A DNA stretch of 41,274 nt, taken from IMG/VR virus record IMGVR_UViG_3300045988_038418, positions 1 to 41,274 of that record, one strand, 5' to 3'. Positions within the stretch are counted from its first letter, which is position 1; the number at the start of each line of letters is the position of its first letter. This DNA is from a virus. The notes below the pieces were generated by a model. That model had not been told where the DNA came from. It saw only the letters and a program-made list of their open reading frames with translations, and ran no database searches. The translations under genes and the position numbers were made by a program. Positions 7,900 to 16,475 of this stretch are shown piece after piece.

Positions 7900-8867
7900 T
7901 GTCGTATATAGAGGACTGGACAGAAGAAGAACTGAAAGCCCTTGAAAGAAAGCTAGACAAGCAGTATCGAGAGGCGTGGAAAGACCTGAATGCAAAGGCC
8001 AGATCCCACTTCCTGCGGTATGCGAAACGATGGGAAAAGGAATACAAGGCCTATCAGGAAGGCAAGTATACAACCGACGAATTTCGGCTGTGGGAACAAT
8101 CCCAGTTGGCTAGAGGTCAGCACTGGGACGATCTTCGAGACAAGATGGCAGAACGTCTTACGAATACAAACGTCATTGCTGCGAGCTACATAGAGGATGC
8201 GATTATTAATATATATTGCGAAAACTATAACTACGCTGCCTACACGGTCGAAGGATATGCGCAGAATTATATATCTAATATCCATATGGGTGCCGACTTT
8301 GATTTGATGAATGAGGACGTCTTGCGCCGTTTGATTCTCAAAAATCCGCGTTTATTGCCGCTTCCTTCTGTTGACATTCCAATGGATCAGCAATGGAACA
8401 AGAAGAAGCTACAAGCCTGCCTCATGCAAAGCATCCTGCAAGGCGAAGGCATCGGGAGCATTGCAGACAGGTTCCAGCAGGTCGCGGCAATGAATCGCGC
8501 ATCTGCGATAAGGAGCGCAAGGACGGCGACGACAGGTGCACAGAACGGCGGAACATACGAAGCCTATACAGCTGCGGAGAAGATTGGCATACAGATTCAG
8601 GACGAGTGGATCGCTACACACGATTACCGCACCCGTGACAGCCACAGGGCATTGGACGGTACAAGGGTTAAGCACGGGGAACGGTTCGCAAACGGCCTGC
8701 GCTTTCCGGGGGACATGCTATTCGGTACAGCAAGAGAACTATATAACTGCCGATGCACTACACGGGCTATCATATCCGGCATCAATGACTCTGATCCCGT
8801 TGACCTGAGTCATTGGAGTGGCGGCGCAAAAGAATATGCAGCATGGAAAAGAGGAAAGAGGCGGTAA
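7899..8867 (+). CDS. Minor head / head morphogenesis protein (Phage_Mu_F, SPP1 gp7-like)
   Basis: The C-terminal motif HDYRTRDSHRALDGTRV...NCRCT is characteristic of the Mu F family. The start overlaps the portal stop as TAATG. Confidence 0.85.
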   Translation: MSYIEDWTEEELKALERKLDKQYREAWKDLNAKARSHFLRYAKRWEKEYKAYQEGKYTTDEFRLWEQSQLARGQHWDDLRDKMAERLTNTNVIAASYIEDAIINIYCENYNYAAYTVEGYAQNYISNIHMGADFDLMNEDVLRRLILKNPRLLPLPSVDIPMDQQWNKKKLQACLMQSILQGEGIGSIADRFQQVAAMNRASAIRSARTATTGAQNGGTYEAYTAAEKIGIQIQDEWIATHDYRTRDSHRALDGTRVKHGERFANGLRFPGDMLFGTARELYNCRCTTRAIISGINDSDPVDLSHWSGGAKEYAAWKRGKRR

Positions 8868-8868
8868 G

Positions 8869-9291
8869 ATGTCAGGATTCGAGATGGTTGACAATGTGGG
8901 GGCAGTAAAAGCCTTGTTCGAAGAGAAGTGCAATAAGGCGCTGGAAGAAATTGGACTGGCTGCGGAAGGGTATGCCAAGAAAAACATACAGAAAAAGATT
9001 ATAACCGGAGCTACAACGCCCCGAACAGGCCGGCTGATGTCTAGCGTAACACACATCGTTGACGGGAAAGACTGCTATATCGGAACTAATGTTTCGTACG
9101 CTATCTATTTCGAAATGGGAAGCGGTACTCAGTCACCATACGGCAGAAGAAAAACCCCGTGGAAGTATCAGGATGCTAACGGAAACTGGCACATGACACA
9201 CGGTATGCGTCCAAGGCCGTTTCTTAAACCGGCAGTGACGGAAAATTCAAGTAAATACGCAAACATCATAAAAGATATGATGGAAGGATAA
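8869..9291 (+). CDS. HK97 gp10-like phage protein
   Basis: The pattern TGRLMSSVTH...YIGTNVSYAIYFEMGSG...PRPFLKPAV resembles the gp10 family. Its placement before the scaffold gene is unusual. ATG 8869 lies 1 nt after the upstream stop. Confidence 0.45.
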   Translation: MSGFEMVDNVGAVKALFEEKCNKALEEIGLAAEGYAKKNIQKKIITGATTPRTGRLMSSVTHIVDGKDCYIGTNVSYAIYFEMGSGTQSPYGRRKTPWKYQDANGNWHMTHGMRPRPFLKPAVTENSSKYANIIKDMMEG

Positions 9292-9293
9292 GG

Positions 9294-9322
9294 GCTTCGG
9301 CGTTTTGCCGAGGCTCTTATTT
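9294..9322 (+). terminator. Candidate rho-independent terminator
   Basis: The hairpin GCTTCGGC-gtttt-GCCGAGGC has one G.U pair and is followed by TCTTATTT. Confidence 0.55.
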
Positions 9323-9336
9323 GCAGTTACGGTAGA
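9320..9336 (+). promoter_or_regulatory. Copy 2 of the conserved 17-mer, followed by the palindrome CACAGT-ac-ACTGTG
   Basis: TTTGCAGTTACGGTAGA is at 9320-9336. ACAGT starts 24 nt after the start of the motif, the same spacing as in copy 3. The element lies upstream of the scaffold/capsid operon. Confidence 0.4.
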
Positions 9337-9432
9337 TAAATACACAGTACACTGTGCTTATAGACTGCGAAGAATAGCGGTCGTTTTGCCCGTTAGCAAA
9401 GCGAAGCTACCAGAGAAGTGGAGGGAATAAAA

Positions 9433-10071
9433 ATGGCACTTAAAAGAAGTGAACTGAGAAAAATCGTCAAAGATGCCGACATGACAGATGAAGAAAAGCT
9501 GACGGCTGTGATGGACCTGCTGCACAGCGAGGTGGACGACCTCAAAGAAGAACAGGACGACTTAAAAGAACAGCTGAAGAAGGCACAGGCTGATCTGAAA
9601 GATGCACAGAAAAATGGCGGTGGCGATGATTCCGAATGGAAAAAGAAATACGAAAGCGAGCGCGACGCTTTCAAAAAATTCAAAGATGATCAGACTGCTA
9701 AGGACAGCAGAGCGGCTAAAGAAGCGGCTTACAAGAAGCTTCTTGAAGAGTCAAAGGTGAGCGCAAAAGCTATTGACAATGTGCTTAAAGTCACCAATTT
9801 TGATGAAATTGAACTGGACGAGAAAGGACAGATCAAAGACACTGCCGACGTGAAGAAAAAGATTGAATCAGATTGGTCTGGATTCATCGAGAAGAGTAAC
9901 ACCACGGGCGCAGATGTCAAAAATCCGCCAGCAAATGACGGTGGAACAGGATCATATGCAAGCAGAGAAGAGGCAAGAAAGGGCGTCAAATCAACAGCAG
10001 AAATGATGAAACGTATCCGCGAGAATCCTCAGCTCTATGCAACTACTAATAGTGTTAATTCAGGAGATTAA
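9433..10071 (+). CDS. Scaffolding protein (Phage_GP20-like)
   Basis: It is highly charged with coiled-coil character (EEQDDLKEQLKKAQADLKDAQ) and lies directly upstream of the capsid gene. ATG 9433 has a GGAGGG RBS. Confidence 0.7.
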   Translation: MALKRSELRKIVKDADMTDEEKLTAVMDLLHSEVDDLKEEQDDLKEQLKKAQADLKDAQKNGGGDDSEWKKKYESERDAFKKFKDDQTAKDSRAAKEAAYKKLLEESKVSAKAIDNVLKVTNFDEIELDEKGQIKDTADVKKKIESDWSGFIEKSNTTGADVKNPPANDGGTGSYASREEARKGVKSTAEMMKRIRENPQLYATTNSVNSGD

Positions 10072-10073
10072 AA

Positions 10074-10946
10074 ATGGCTACTGAAACAAATTTAATTAAA
10101 ACTACCGATCTGACAGATGCTCAGGTTAGGGAGATTGCTTTTACAGAGCTTTTCACAGAGAATCTTAAGAAGCTCATTGAGGCTCTCGGCGTGACTAGAA
10201 AAATCTCTAAACAGGCCGGAAGCGTTTTAAAGACATACAAAGCAACTGGTACCCTTGCGAGCGGAACTGTTGCCGAAGGTGAAGTGATTCCACTTTCTAA
10301 GTACAAAATGAAAGTGGTTAATTATGGAGAAATCACACTGGAAAAGTGGAGAAAGGCTACAACAGCGGAGGCTATCATTGGATCTGGTTTTGACCAGGCG
10401 GTGACCTTGACAACCGACAGGATGATGAAGGACATCCAGAACAACATTCGTACAAAGTTCTTTACGTTCTTAGGAACAGGAACAGGAACATCTACAGGCG
10501 TAGGCCTTCAGGCGACACTTGCACAGACGTGGGGGCAGTTGCAGACACTGTTCGAAGACAATGCTATCGAAGCGGTATACTTCATCAATCCGCTTGATAT
10601 TGCCGATTATCTCGCAACAGCAACGATCACTACACAGACAGCGTTTGGCATGACATATATTGAAAACTTCCTCGGAATGGGCACTGTATTTATGAACAGC
10701 TCTGTTCCGAAGGGTAAGGTATATGCGACAGCTAAGGACAACCTTGTTCTCTATTATATTCCGGTGAACGGTGCTGATTTAGGCAATGCATTCAGCTTCA
10801 CCGCTGATGAGCTTGGCCTGATCGGTATTCATGAGGATTCTGACTACAAGACGATGACATGTGAAGATGTTATTGTCAGTGGTCTGACACTGTTTGCAGA
10901 AATGATTTCCGGCGTTGTTGTAGGCACAATCACAGCGGCAGCCTAA
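10074..10946 (+). CDS. Major capsid protein
   Basis: It is 290 aa and follows the scaffold gene directly with a strong RBS. This is the typical position and size for SPP1-like siphovirus capsid proteins. Confidence 0.75.
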   Translation: MATETNLIKTTDLTDAQVREIAFTELFTENLKKLIEALGVTRKISKQAGSVLKTYKATGTLASGTVAEGEVIPLSKYKMKVVNYGEITLEKWRKATTAEAIIGSGFDQAVTLTTDRMMKDIQNNIRTKFFTFLGTGTGTSTGVGLQATLAQTWGQLQTLFEDNAIEAVYFINPLDIADYLATATITTQTAFGMTYIENFLGMGTVFMNSSVPKGKVYATAKDNLVLYYIPVNGADLGNAFSFTADELGLIGIHEDSDYKTMTCEDVIVSGLTLFAEMISGVVVGTITAAA

Positions 10947-10968
10947 GGATTAAGAGAGAGGAGGGTTA

Positions 10969-11385
10969 ATGATGATTTCTGAGGTAATGAGACATATCCG
11001 GAATTACTTCCCAACAGGGGAGTATATCGACGGGACCTATACGATTCAGGACGGCACCATTGACCTTCCTTTTATGATTGAAGGTCAGTATTTTTTGATC
11101 GAAGGCTCTGTCCTGAACGACGGTGTTTATCAGTATCCGCCGTTTGAACTGGATGACGAGACATTCACGGGGACTATAGTTCCTCTGAAGCCTCCGAAAG
11201 CTTTTCTTAACCTCTGCGAGAATATCGCACAGTATGTAGAGAAGTTTGGCGGCAGCAATGTTGGGCCGTACTCTAGCGAGTCATTCGGAGGATACACATA
11301 TACCCGCGCAACGAATCAGAATGGCTCTCCGCAGACATGGAAAGATGTGTTTGCGAGTCGCTTAAACGAATGGAGGAAGGTCTAA
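10969..11385 (+). CDS. Putative head-tail connector/adaptor protein
   Basis: It is the first of three small, translationally coupled genes between the capsid and major tail genes. The call rests on position only. Confidence 0.4.
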   Translation: MMISEVMRHIRNYFPTGEYIDGTYTIQDGTIDLPFMIEGQYFLIEGSVLNDGVYQYPPFELDDETFTGTIVPLKPPKAFLNLCENIAQYVEKFGGSNVGPYSSESFGGYTYTRATNQNGSPQTWKDVFASRLNEWRKV

Positions 11386-11735
11386 TGAGTTTGATCGAAA
11401 ACATGATGGTTCCTTTTTGCTTCATCGAAAAGAAACGTACACCAGACGGTGCAGGCGGCTTCCTTTCTGAGTGGACAGACGGCGCAGAATTCAATGCAGC
11501 TCTTACTCTTAACACCACCATGGAAGCCCGCAAGGCCGAACATGACGGCATGACGAGCGTATACACAGTGACTACAAGCAGAAACATTCATCTGGATTAT
11601 CACGATGTTATCCGCCGTCTCTCTGACGGCAAAACGTTCCGAATTACATCTGATTCTTCAGACAAGATGTCTCCGACTGTATCGACACTGGACATCGCAC
11701 AGTCAACGGCGGAGAGATGGGAGCTGACACAATGA
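11385..11735 (+). CDS. Putative head-closure / head-tail joining protein
   Basis: The start overlaps the upstream stop as TAATG. The size of about 116 aa and the position fit SPP1 gp16-like proteins. Confidence 0.45.
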   Translation: MSLIENMMVPFCFIEKKRTPDGAGGFLSEWTDGAEFNAALTLNTTMEARKAEHDGMTSVYTVTTSRNIHLDYHDVIRRLSDGKTFRITSDSSDKMSPTVSTLDIAQSTAERWELTQ

Positions 11736-12100
11736 CAACAGGCGAAGCATTATATAAGTTTTTTAACTCTTTTGGAATAACGGCATATCCTACGACATCT
11801 GTCCCGGATGATGTCGTTTTTCCGTATATGACATACGATTATTACGACGGCTTCTTCGGAGATGCAGAGCAACCTATAACTGCATCCCTGTGGTTCTATA
11901 CGACTTCTGAGCTGATTCCGAACAAGAAAGCGGATGAGATTGCAGCAGCTATCGGACGAGGCGGAAAAGTAGTAGCCTGCGATGGCGGAGCAGTATGGCT
12001 CAAGCGTGGGGAACCCTGGTGTAATGCCCTGTTAGATGATGGGGATACATCAATTAAGAGACGTCTACTTAATATTACAGCTGAATTTTTGAAGGGGTGA
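11732..12100 (+). CDS. Putative tail completion / tail terminator protein (DUF3168-like)
   Basis: ATGA overlap with the upstream gene. The N-terminal pattern LYKFFNSFGITAYPTTSVPDDVVFPYMTY resembles DUF3168. It lies directly upstream of the major tail protein. Confidence 0.45.
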   Translation: MTTGEALYKFFNSFGITAYPTTSVPDDVVFPYMTYDYYDGFFGDAEQPITASLWFYTTSELIPNKKADEIAAAIGRGGKVVACDGGAVWLKRGEPWCNALLDDGDTSIKRRLLNITAEFLKG

Positions 12101-12106
12101 TAGAAA

Positions 12107-12679
12107 ATGAAATTCACAAAAATTCCTGAAAATACATTTAAAGAATTGCAGATGAACACAGGCGTTCTGTGTGATACATTCACACCGGCAAGCGGCACTA
12201 TCGGGAATATTCTTGGTGCTACTACAGGAGGTATCAACTTCGCGGATGCCCTTACATTTACGGATTTCGGCGAAGATATCGACAATTGCCCGAAAAATAC
12301 GATGGAACTGAAGCGTCTGGACAGCCATGAAGTCACGCTATCCGGCACGTACGTTACGGCCACAGCGGCAAGCGTCAAAAAACTCATGGCTGTTGCGGAC
12401 ATCGACAGCGTAGACGAGACGAAGATCACGCCGAGAAACGACGTGAAGCTGGCGGACTATGGAGATGTCTGGTGGGTCGGCGACTATTCCGATAAAAACG
12501 ACGATTCAAACGGCGGTTTTATCGCTATACATCTGATTAACGCCCTTTCTACAGGCGGTTTTCAGCTGACTACAAGCGACAAATCAAAGGGACAGATGGC
12601 ATTCACATACACAGGACATTACAGCATCGACGAACCGGACAAAGTGCCTTACGAAGTGTATATATCTGCCGGTAAATAA
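12107..12679 (+). CDS. Major tail protein (siphovirus tube)
   Basis: It is 190 aa, has a strong RBS, and precedes the gpG/gpT-like chaperone pair and the tape measure gene. Confidence 0.7.
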   Translation: MKFTKIPENTFKELQMNTGVLCDTFTPASGTIGNILGATTGGINFADALTFTDFGEDIDNCPKNTMELKRLDSHEVTLSGTYVTATAASVKKLMAVADIDSVDETKITPRNDVKLADYGDVWWVGDYSDKNDDSNGGFIAIHLINALSTGGFQLTTSDKSKGQMAFTYTGHYSIDEPDKVPYEVYISAGK

Positions 12680-12696
12680 GAAAGGAATGAGATAAT

Positions 12697-13113
12697 ATGA
12701 AGAAGCTTTCAGAAATCACAATGGAGCAGGGACTTGATATCGTTGCAGATATCCTTGTTCCGATCATGAACATTGCCGAAGACGATACAGCAAGAGATTT
12801 TTTCACAAAGGAAAAGCCACAGGAAGGTGAAAATGCGATCCAGATGGCATTGCGCCGGATCAAGTCAAGCCTTCCAGTCCTTATCAAAAAGCATAAGGAA
12901 GACCTGATCGTCATCATGGCAGCTCTTAACACGCAGACTGTAGACGAATACAAGCATTCAAAAGGCTTCATGGGCCTTGTAAAAGACGTAGTGTCACTTG
13001 CGAATGATGAGGACTTACATGGGCTTTTTACATCAGCAGAGTCAGAGAATATCAGCGAATCGTCTGGCTCTGCGTCGGAGAATACAGAGGGCGCAGCGTT
13101 AAAGGTTTTATAG
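12697..13113 (+). CDS. Tail assembly chaperone (gpG-like)
   Basis: It is an acidic 138-aa protein between the major tail protein and the tape measure gene. The -1 frame stays open past its stop. Confidence 0.65.
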   Translation: MKKLSEITMEQGLDIVADILVPIMNIAEDDTARDFFTKEKPQEGENAIQMALRRIKSSLPVLIKKHKEDLIVIMAALNTQTVDEYKHSKGFMGLVKDVVSLANDEDLHGLFTSAESENISESSGSASENTEGAALKVL

Positions 13114-13337
13114 GCTTTACAGTAGCCCGTATTCAGCAAGATATTGAAATAAAGGCGTATAGAATATATGTGACAGACAGCCTCCTGTGTGGTCTCAACG
13201 CCTTCAGAAAAGAGCCAATCACGCAAAGATATGCTGACATTATAGAAGGGAAACAAAAAGAAGAAGACACGCGTTCCGGTGATGAGATTGTCGCTGATCT
13301 GATGAGAAGGGCGGGGTTAAAATTTGAATCTTCTTGA
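13110..13337 (+). CDS. gpT-like extension of the tail assembly chaperone, reached by a programmed -1 frameshift
   Basis: The -1 frame is open from 13011 to the TGA at 13335-13337 and has no credible start of its own. It encodes ...ARIQQDIEIKAYRIYVTDSLLCGLNAFRKEPITQRYADII.... The candidate slip site is G GTT TTA TAG at 13104-13113. Confidence 0.55.
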   Translation: MGFTVARIQQDIEIKAYRIYVTDSLLCGLNAFRKEPITQRYADIIEGKQKEEDTRSGDEIVADLMRRAGLKFESS

Positions 13338-13944
13338 GTTATATGCAAAGTTGAGCCTTGACACGGGAGAATACGACAAAGGCTTAGACGATTCTAAAAG
13401 CAAAGCAAAGTCGGCCGGCAGTTTCATCGCGTCCACTCTCGGGAAAGCGGCTGTCACGACTGCAAAGACAGTAGCGGCAGCATATGGAACGATTCAAGCC
13501 AGTATTGCTGTTATTACAAAAAAATCGCTCGATGCATATTCGAGCTATGAGCAGCTCACTGGCGGTGTCCAGACTCTGTTTGGGGCCGGAGGGCAGAGCC
13601 TGAAAGAATACGCAAAAAGTATAGATAGTACGGTCGATAACGCGAAAGACAAGTATAAAAGTCTCATGTCTGCGCAAAACGCAGTGATGAAAGCTGCTGC
13701 GCGAGCCTATAAGACGGCCGGCATGTCGGCAAACACCTACATGGAAACCGTCACAAGCTTCTCTGCGTCACTGATTCAAGGCCTTAGCGGAGACACCGAA
13801 GCGGCGGCGAAAGAAGCCGACAGAGCCATCACGGACATGAGCGACAACGCAAACAAGATGGGCACGAATATTCAGGATATCCAGAATGCGTATCAAGGAT
13901 TTGCGAAGATGAACTATACTATGCTGGATAACTTGAAGCTCGGT
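13324..13944 (+). CDS. Tape measure protein, exon 1
   Basis: The TTG start is at 13324. The sequence ends ...NAYQGFAKMNYTMLDNLKLG, which is the first half of the conserved TMP motif LDNLKLG|YGGT. The ORF-track tail RQCHCRAV* is intron read-through. Confidence 0.8.
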
Positions 13945-14831
13945 AGACAGTGCCATTGCCGAGCGGTATAAACCTCGTGAAAACGGTGAAACTCTAAACA
14001 TATAATATGTAGACAATACCGTGCGAAGCATAGCAAACATGTTGTAAATTCTTAATAAGTATTGTAAATTAAAATTAGATAATACTAGGAAAGAAGGAAG
14101 CAGCATGACGTGGAAAAAAATAAACGGATACAATAATTATTCTATCAATGAATTTGGTGAAGTTAGAAATGATTCGACTGGAAAAATAAAAACCCCTTTC
14201 GAAAATAAAGCTAACGGTTATATGACTATAGATTTATGGCAAAATAATAAATCAAAAAAACATACAATACATAGGTTACTTGCAGAAGCATTTTTACCGA
14301 ATCCTGAAAATAAGCCAACTGTAGACCATAAAGATGGTAATAGAAAGAATAATTCCCTTTCAAATTTACGTTGGGCTACTTATTCAGAACAGAATTCAAG
14401 ATTCAGGACAGCTGGCGTTCGAAGCGAACGTGTAAAAGTGATACACTATCCAGAGGTAAGAAAAAAACGTGGAGGTGGTCATGAAGCGTGGCTTGAACCA
14501 GATGATGTAATGTATTTTGACAGAATAACTGATGTAGCTAATTATTTTGGCAAAACTATCGGAAATATATCGCAACTCTTGAAAAGTGAGACGATTGGAA
14601 AAAGAGGAACAACAAGAGGATATAAATTCGAATATGTTGATAACCAGAGACGTGGCTATGAACGTGTAACGACTATCGAAAGCACACCAGAAGGTGGAAG
14701 CGAGTAGAGTACACCCAAGCGGGTGGAAGCGCGAGGGGTGCGAAAGCATCAAGAGATAGTCTAATCTGCATAGAAATATGCAGCAGCCGCAAGGCGGATA
14801 CGGAATAGCGAACCGTATCGAATGTATAATG
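13945..14831 (+). mobile_element. Group I self-splicing intron (887 nt) carrying an HNH homing endonuclease ORF and interrupting the tape measure gene
   Basis: The 5' exon ends in U at 13944. The intron segment GCCGAGC (13958-13964) pairs with the exon segment GCTCGGT (13938-13944), with a U.G pair at the splice site (P1). The adjacent GCCAT (13952-13956) pairs with exon-2 ATGGC (14833-14837) (P10). The intron ends in G at 14831. AAGAGATAGTC (14751-14761) resembles the conserved group I S element. The 3' part holds several GNRA-capped hairpins. Splicing restores ...NLKLG-YGGTQAEMVRLI in frame. Confidence 0.8.
14105..14707 (+). CDS. HNH homing endonuclease (NUMOD4 N-terminus plus HNH_3 domain), encoded in the intron
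   Basis: WKKINGYNNYSINEFGEVRN is NUMOD4-like. VDHKDGNRKNNSLSNLRWATYSEQN is the HNH_3 motif. The ORF is markedly more AT-rich than the flanking tape measure sequence. Confidence 0.85.
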   Translation: MTWKKINGYNNYSINEFGEVRNDSTGKIKTPFENKANGYMTIDLWQNNKSKKHTIHRLLAEAFLPNPENKPTVDHKDGNRKNNSLSNLRWATYSEQNSRFRTAGVRSERVKVIHYPEVRKKRGGGHEAWLEPDDVMYFDRITDVANYFGKTIGNISQLLKSETIGKRGTTRGYKFEYVDNQRRGYERVTTIESTPEGGSE

Positions 14832-16475
14832 TATGGCGGTACTCAGGCCGAAATGGTCAGACTGATCAACGATTCCGGCATCCTGAATAAGACCATCGAA
14901 GACTTAGACGGTATCACATTCGACCAGATTGTCGATGCAATTCACGAAGTCCAGACAAACATGGGAATCACGGGAACAACAGCGAAAGAAGCAGCAACCA
15001 CCATCGAGGGCTCTGTTAATTCTGCAAAAGCATCATGGGAAAATCTTGTGACCGGAATCGCCGATCAGAATCAAGACCTTTCAGAGCTGACATCTCAGTT
15101 CATTGAGAGTGTAGAAGTGGCAGCAAGCAATGTATTACCGAGAATTCTTCAGATTTTCAAGGGCATTGGAGAGGCAGCGCAGGACATTGGCCCTGTCATT
15201 GCAGAGAAGCTTCCCGGCGTTGTGACAGAAGTTATTCCGGCGTTCTTCAGTGCTGGCCAGTCGATGATGAAAGCTATCGGTTCGGCCATTGTCGAAAATG
15301 CACCTGATGTCATTGAATTCGGCATTGAGACCTTGTCCGACCTGTGGGAGTCCGGCGGAAAGGACTTCATCGAAACAGGAAAAGACACAGCTGTAGAGTT
15401 GCTTAAAAAGCTCAGCGATGGCCTAGTTGAAGGCATTCCGACATTATTAGAAAATGTGTTGCCGATGCTGGAACAGTTCACGGAGTACATTCGAGAGAAC
15501 GCCGGAACGGTTATAGATGCCGGATTGGAATTAATCAAGAATCTGGCACAAGGATTAATCAACAGCCTGCCGCTTCTTATCGAGTATGTGCCGCAAATTA
15601 TTATTAATATTGCGGAAATCATCAACGAAAATGCTCCGAAAATCCTTATGGCCGGCGTTGATTTGATCGTAATGCTTGTGACCGGTATCATTCAGGCTAT
15701 TCCGACTCTGATCGAGAATATCCCGAAAATTATTGAAGCTATCGTGTCTGTATGGACGGCGTTCAATTGGCTGAATCTCGGTAAGAACGTCTTAGACGGC
15801 GTTATCAACGGTATTAAGTCACTACCTTCAAAGGCGAAAGGAATCATCAAAAATGCTGTATCTAACATCAAGTCAACATTCACGGGAGCAGGTATAGAAG
15901 GCGTTGTGAGTCGTATCTTTTCGAATGTGAAAAACTTCATCACGTCTCCTATTAAAAATGCGATAGCGACAGTTAAGAGCACTGTAGCAACTGTTACAAA
16001 TCCGTTTGAGACAACCTTCACAAAGGCTTTCAATATCGTCAAGGGTGCAATTGACAAGATTAAGGGCGTCTTTAAATTCAGTTGGAGCCTTCCACATTTG
16101 AAACTGCCTCATCTGTCGATCACCGGCAAATTTGGCCTGACTCCACCGAGCGTGCCGCATTTCAGCATCGAATGGTACAAAAAGGCCATGGATAACGCAA
16201 TGATTCTTAGCGATGCAACCATTTTTGGGGCATCAGGAGGCCATCTGCTAGGCGGTGGAGAGGCAGGAAATGAGGTTGTGGCAGGAGAAGACCACCTGAT
16301 GAACATGATTCGTGAGGCTTCCGCAGAAGCTTCCAGTGACGTTCTTTCGGCCATCCTGTCGGAGCTGATCAAGCTCAATAACGGACTCTATGACAAGATT
16401 GTGAACGCTCTCAGGTCGATGAACATTAAATTTGACGAGCGAGAGCTCGCAAGACTGGTGAAAAAATATGCTTGA
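14832..16475 (+). CDS. Tape measure protein, exon 2
   Basis: It begins YGGTQAEMVRLINDSG...ITFDQIVDAIHEVQTNMGITGTTAKEA, the canonical TMP continuation. The ORF-track N-terminus MQQPQGGYGIANRIECIM (14778-14831) is intron sequence. Confidence 0.85.
   Translation, partial: YGGTQAEMVRLINDSGILNKTIEDLDGITFDQIVDAIHEVQTNMGITGTTAKEAATTIEGSVNSAKASWENLVTGIADQNQDLSELTSQFIESVEVAASNVLPRILQIFKGIGEAAQDIGPVIAEKLPGVVTEVIPAFFSAGQSMMKAIGSAIVENAPDVIEFGIETLSDLWESGGKDFIETGKDTAVELLKKLSDGLVEGIPTLLENVLPMLEQFTEYIRENAGTVIDAGLELIKNLAQGLINSLPLLIEYVPQIIINIAEIINENAPKILMAGVDLIVMLVTGIIQAIPTLIENIPKIIEAIVSVWTAFNWLNLGKNVLDGVINGIKSLPSKAKGIIKNAVSNIKSTFTGAGIEGVVSRIFSNVKNFITSPIKNAIATVKSTVATVTNPFETTFTKAFNIVKGAIDKIKGVFKFSWSLPHLKLPHLSITGKFGLTPPSVPHFSIEWYKKAMDNAMILSDATIFGASGGHLLGGGEAGNEVVAGEDHLMNMIREASAEASSDVLSAILSELIKLNNGLYDKIVNALRSMNIKFDERELARLVKKYA

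Noticed and set aside
13945-13971. The tail RQCHCRAV* of ORF 13324..13971 as a genuine C-terminus.
   Set aside because: It is read-through into the intron P1/IGS region. Treating it as real would give a truncated 215-aa tape measure protein, which is incompatible with a normal tail.
14778-14831. The ATG at 14778 as the start of an independent protein (MQQPQGGYGIANRIECIM...).
   Set aside because: This stretch coincides with structured intron RNA (GNRA hairpins) and has no RBS. The conserved tape measure sequence only begins at YGGT (14832), which completes the motif broken at 13944.
5862-16057. Several long antisense ORFs inside structural genes (5862..6407, 7492..8073, 11896..12429, 12603..13256, 15149..15691, 15692..16057, all - strand).
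   Set aside because: All overlap well-supported + strand structural genes in a unidirectional late operon. They lack RBSs and have Ser/Leu/Cys-rich low-complexity translations typical of antisense frames.
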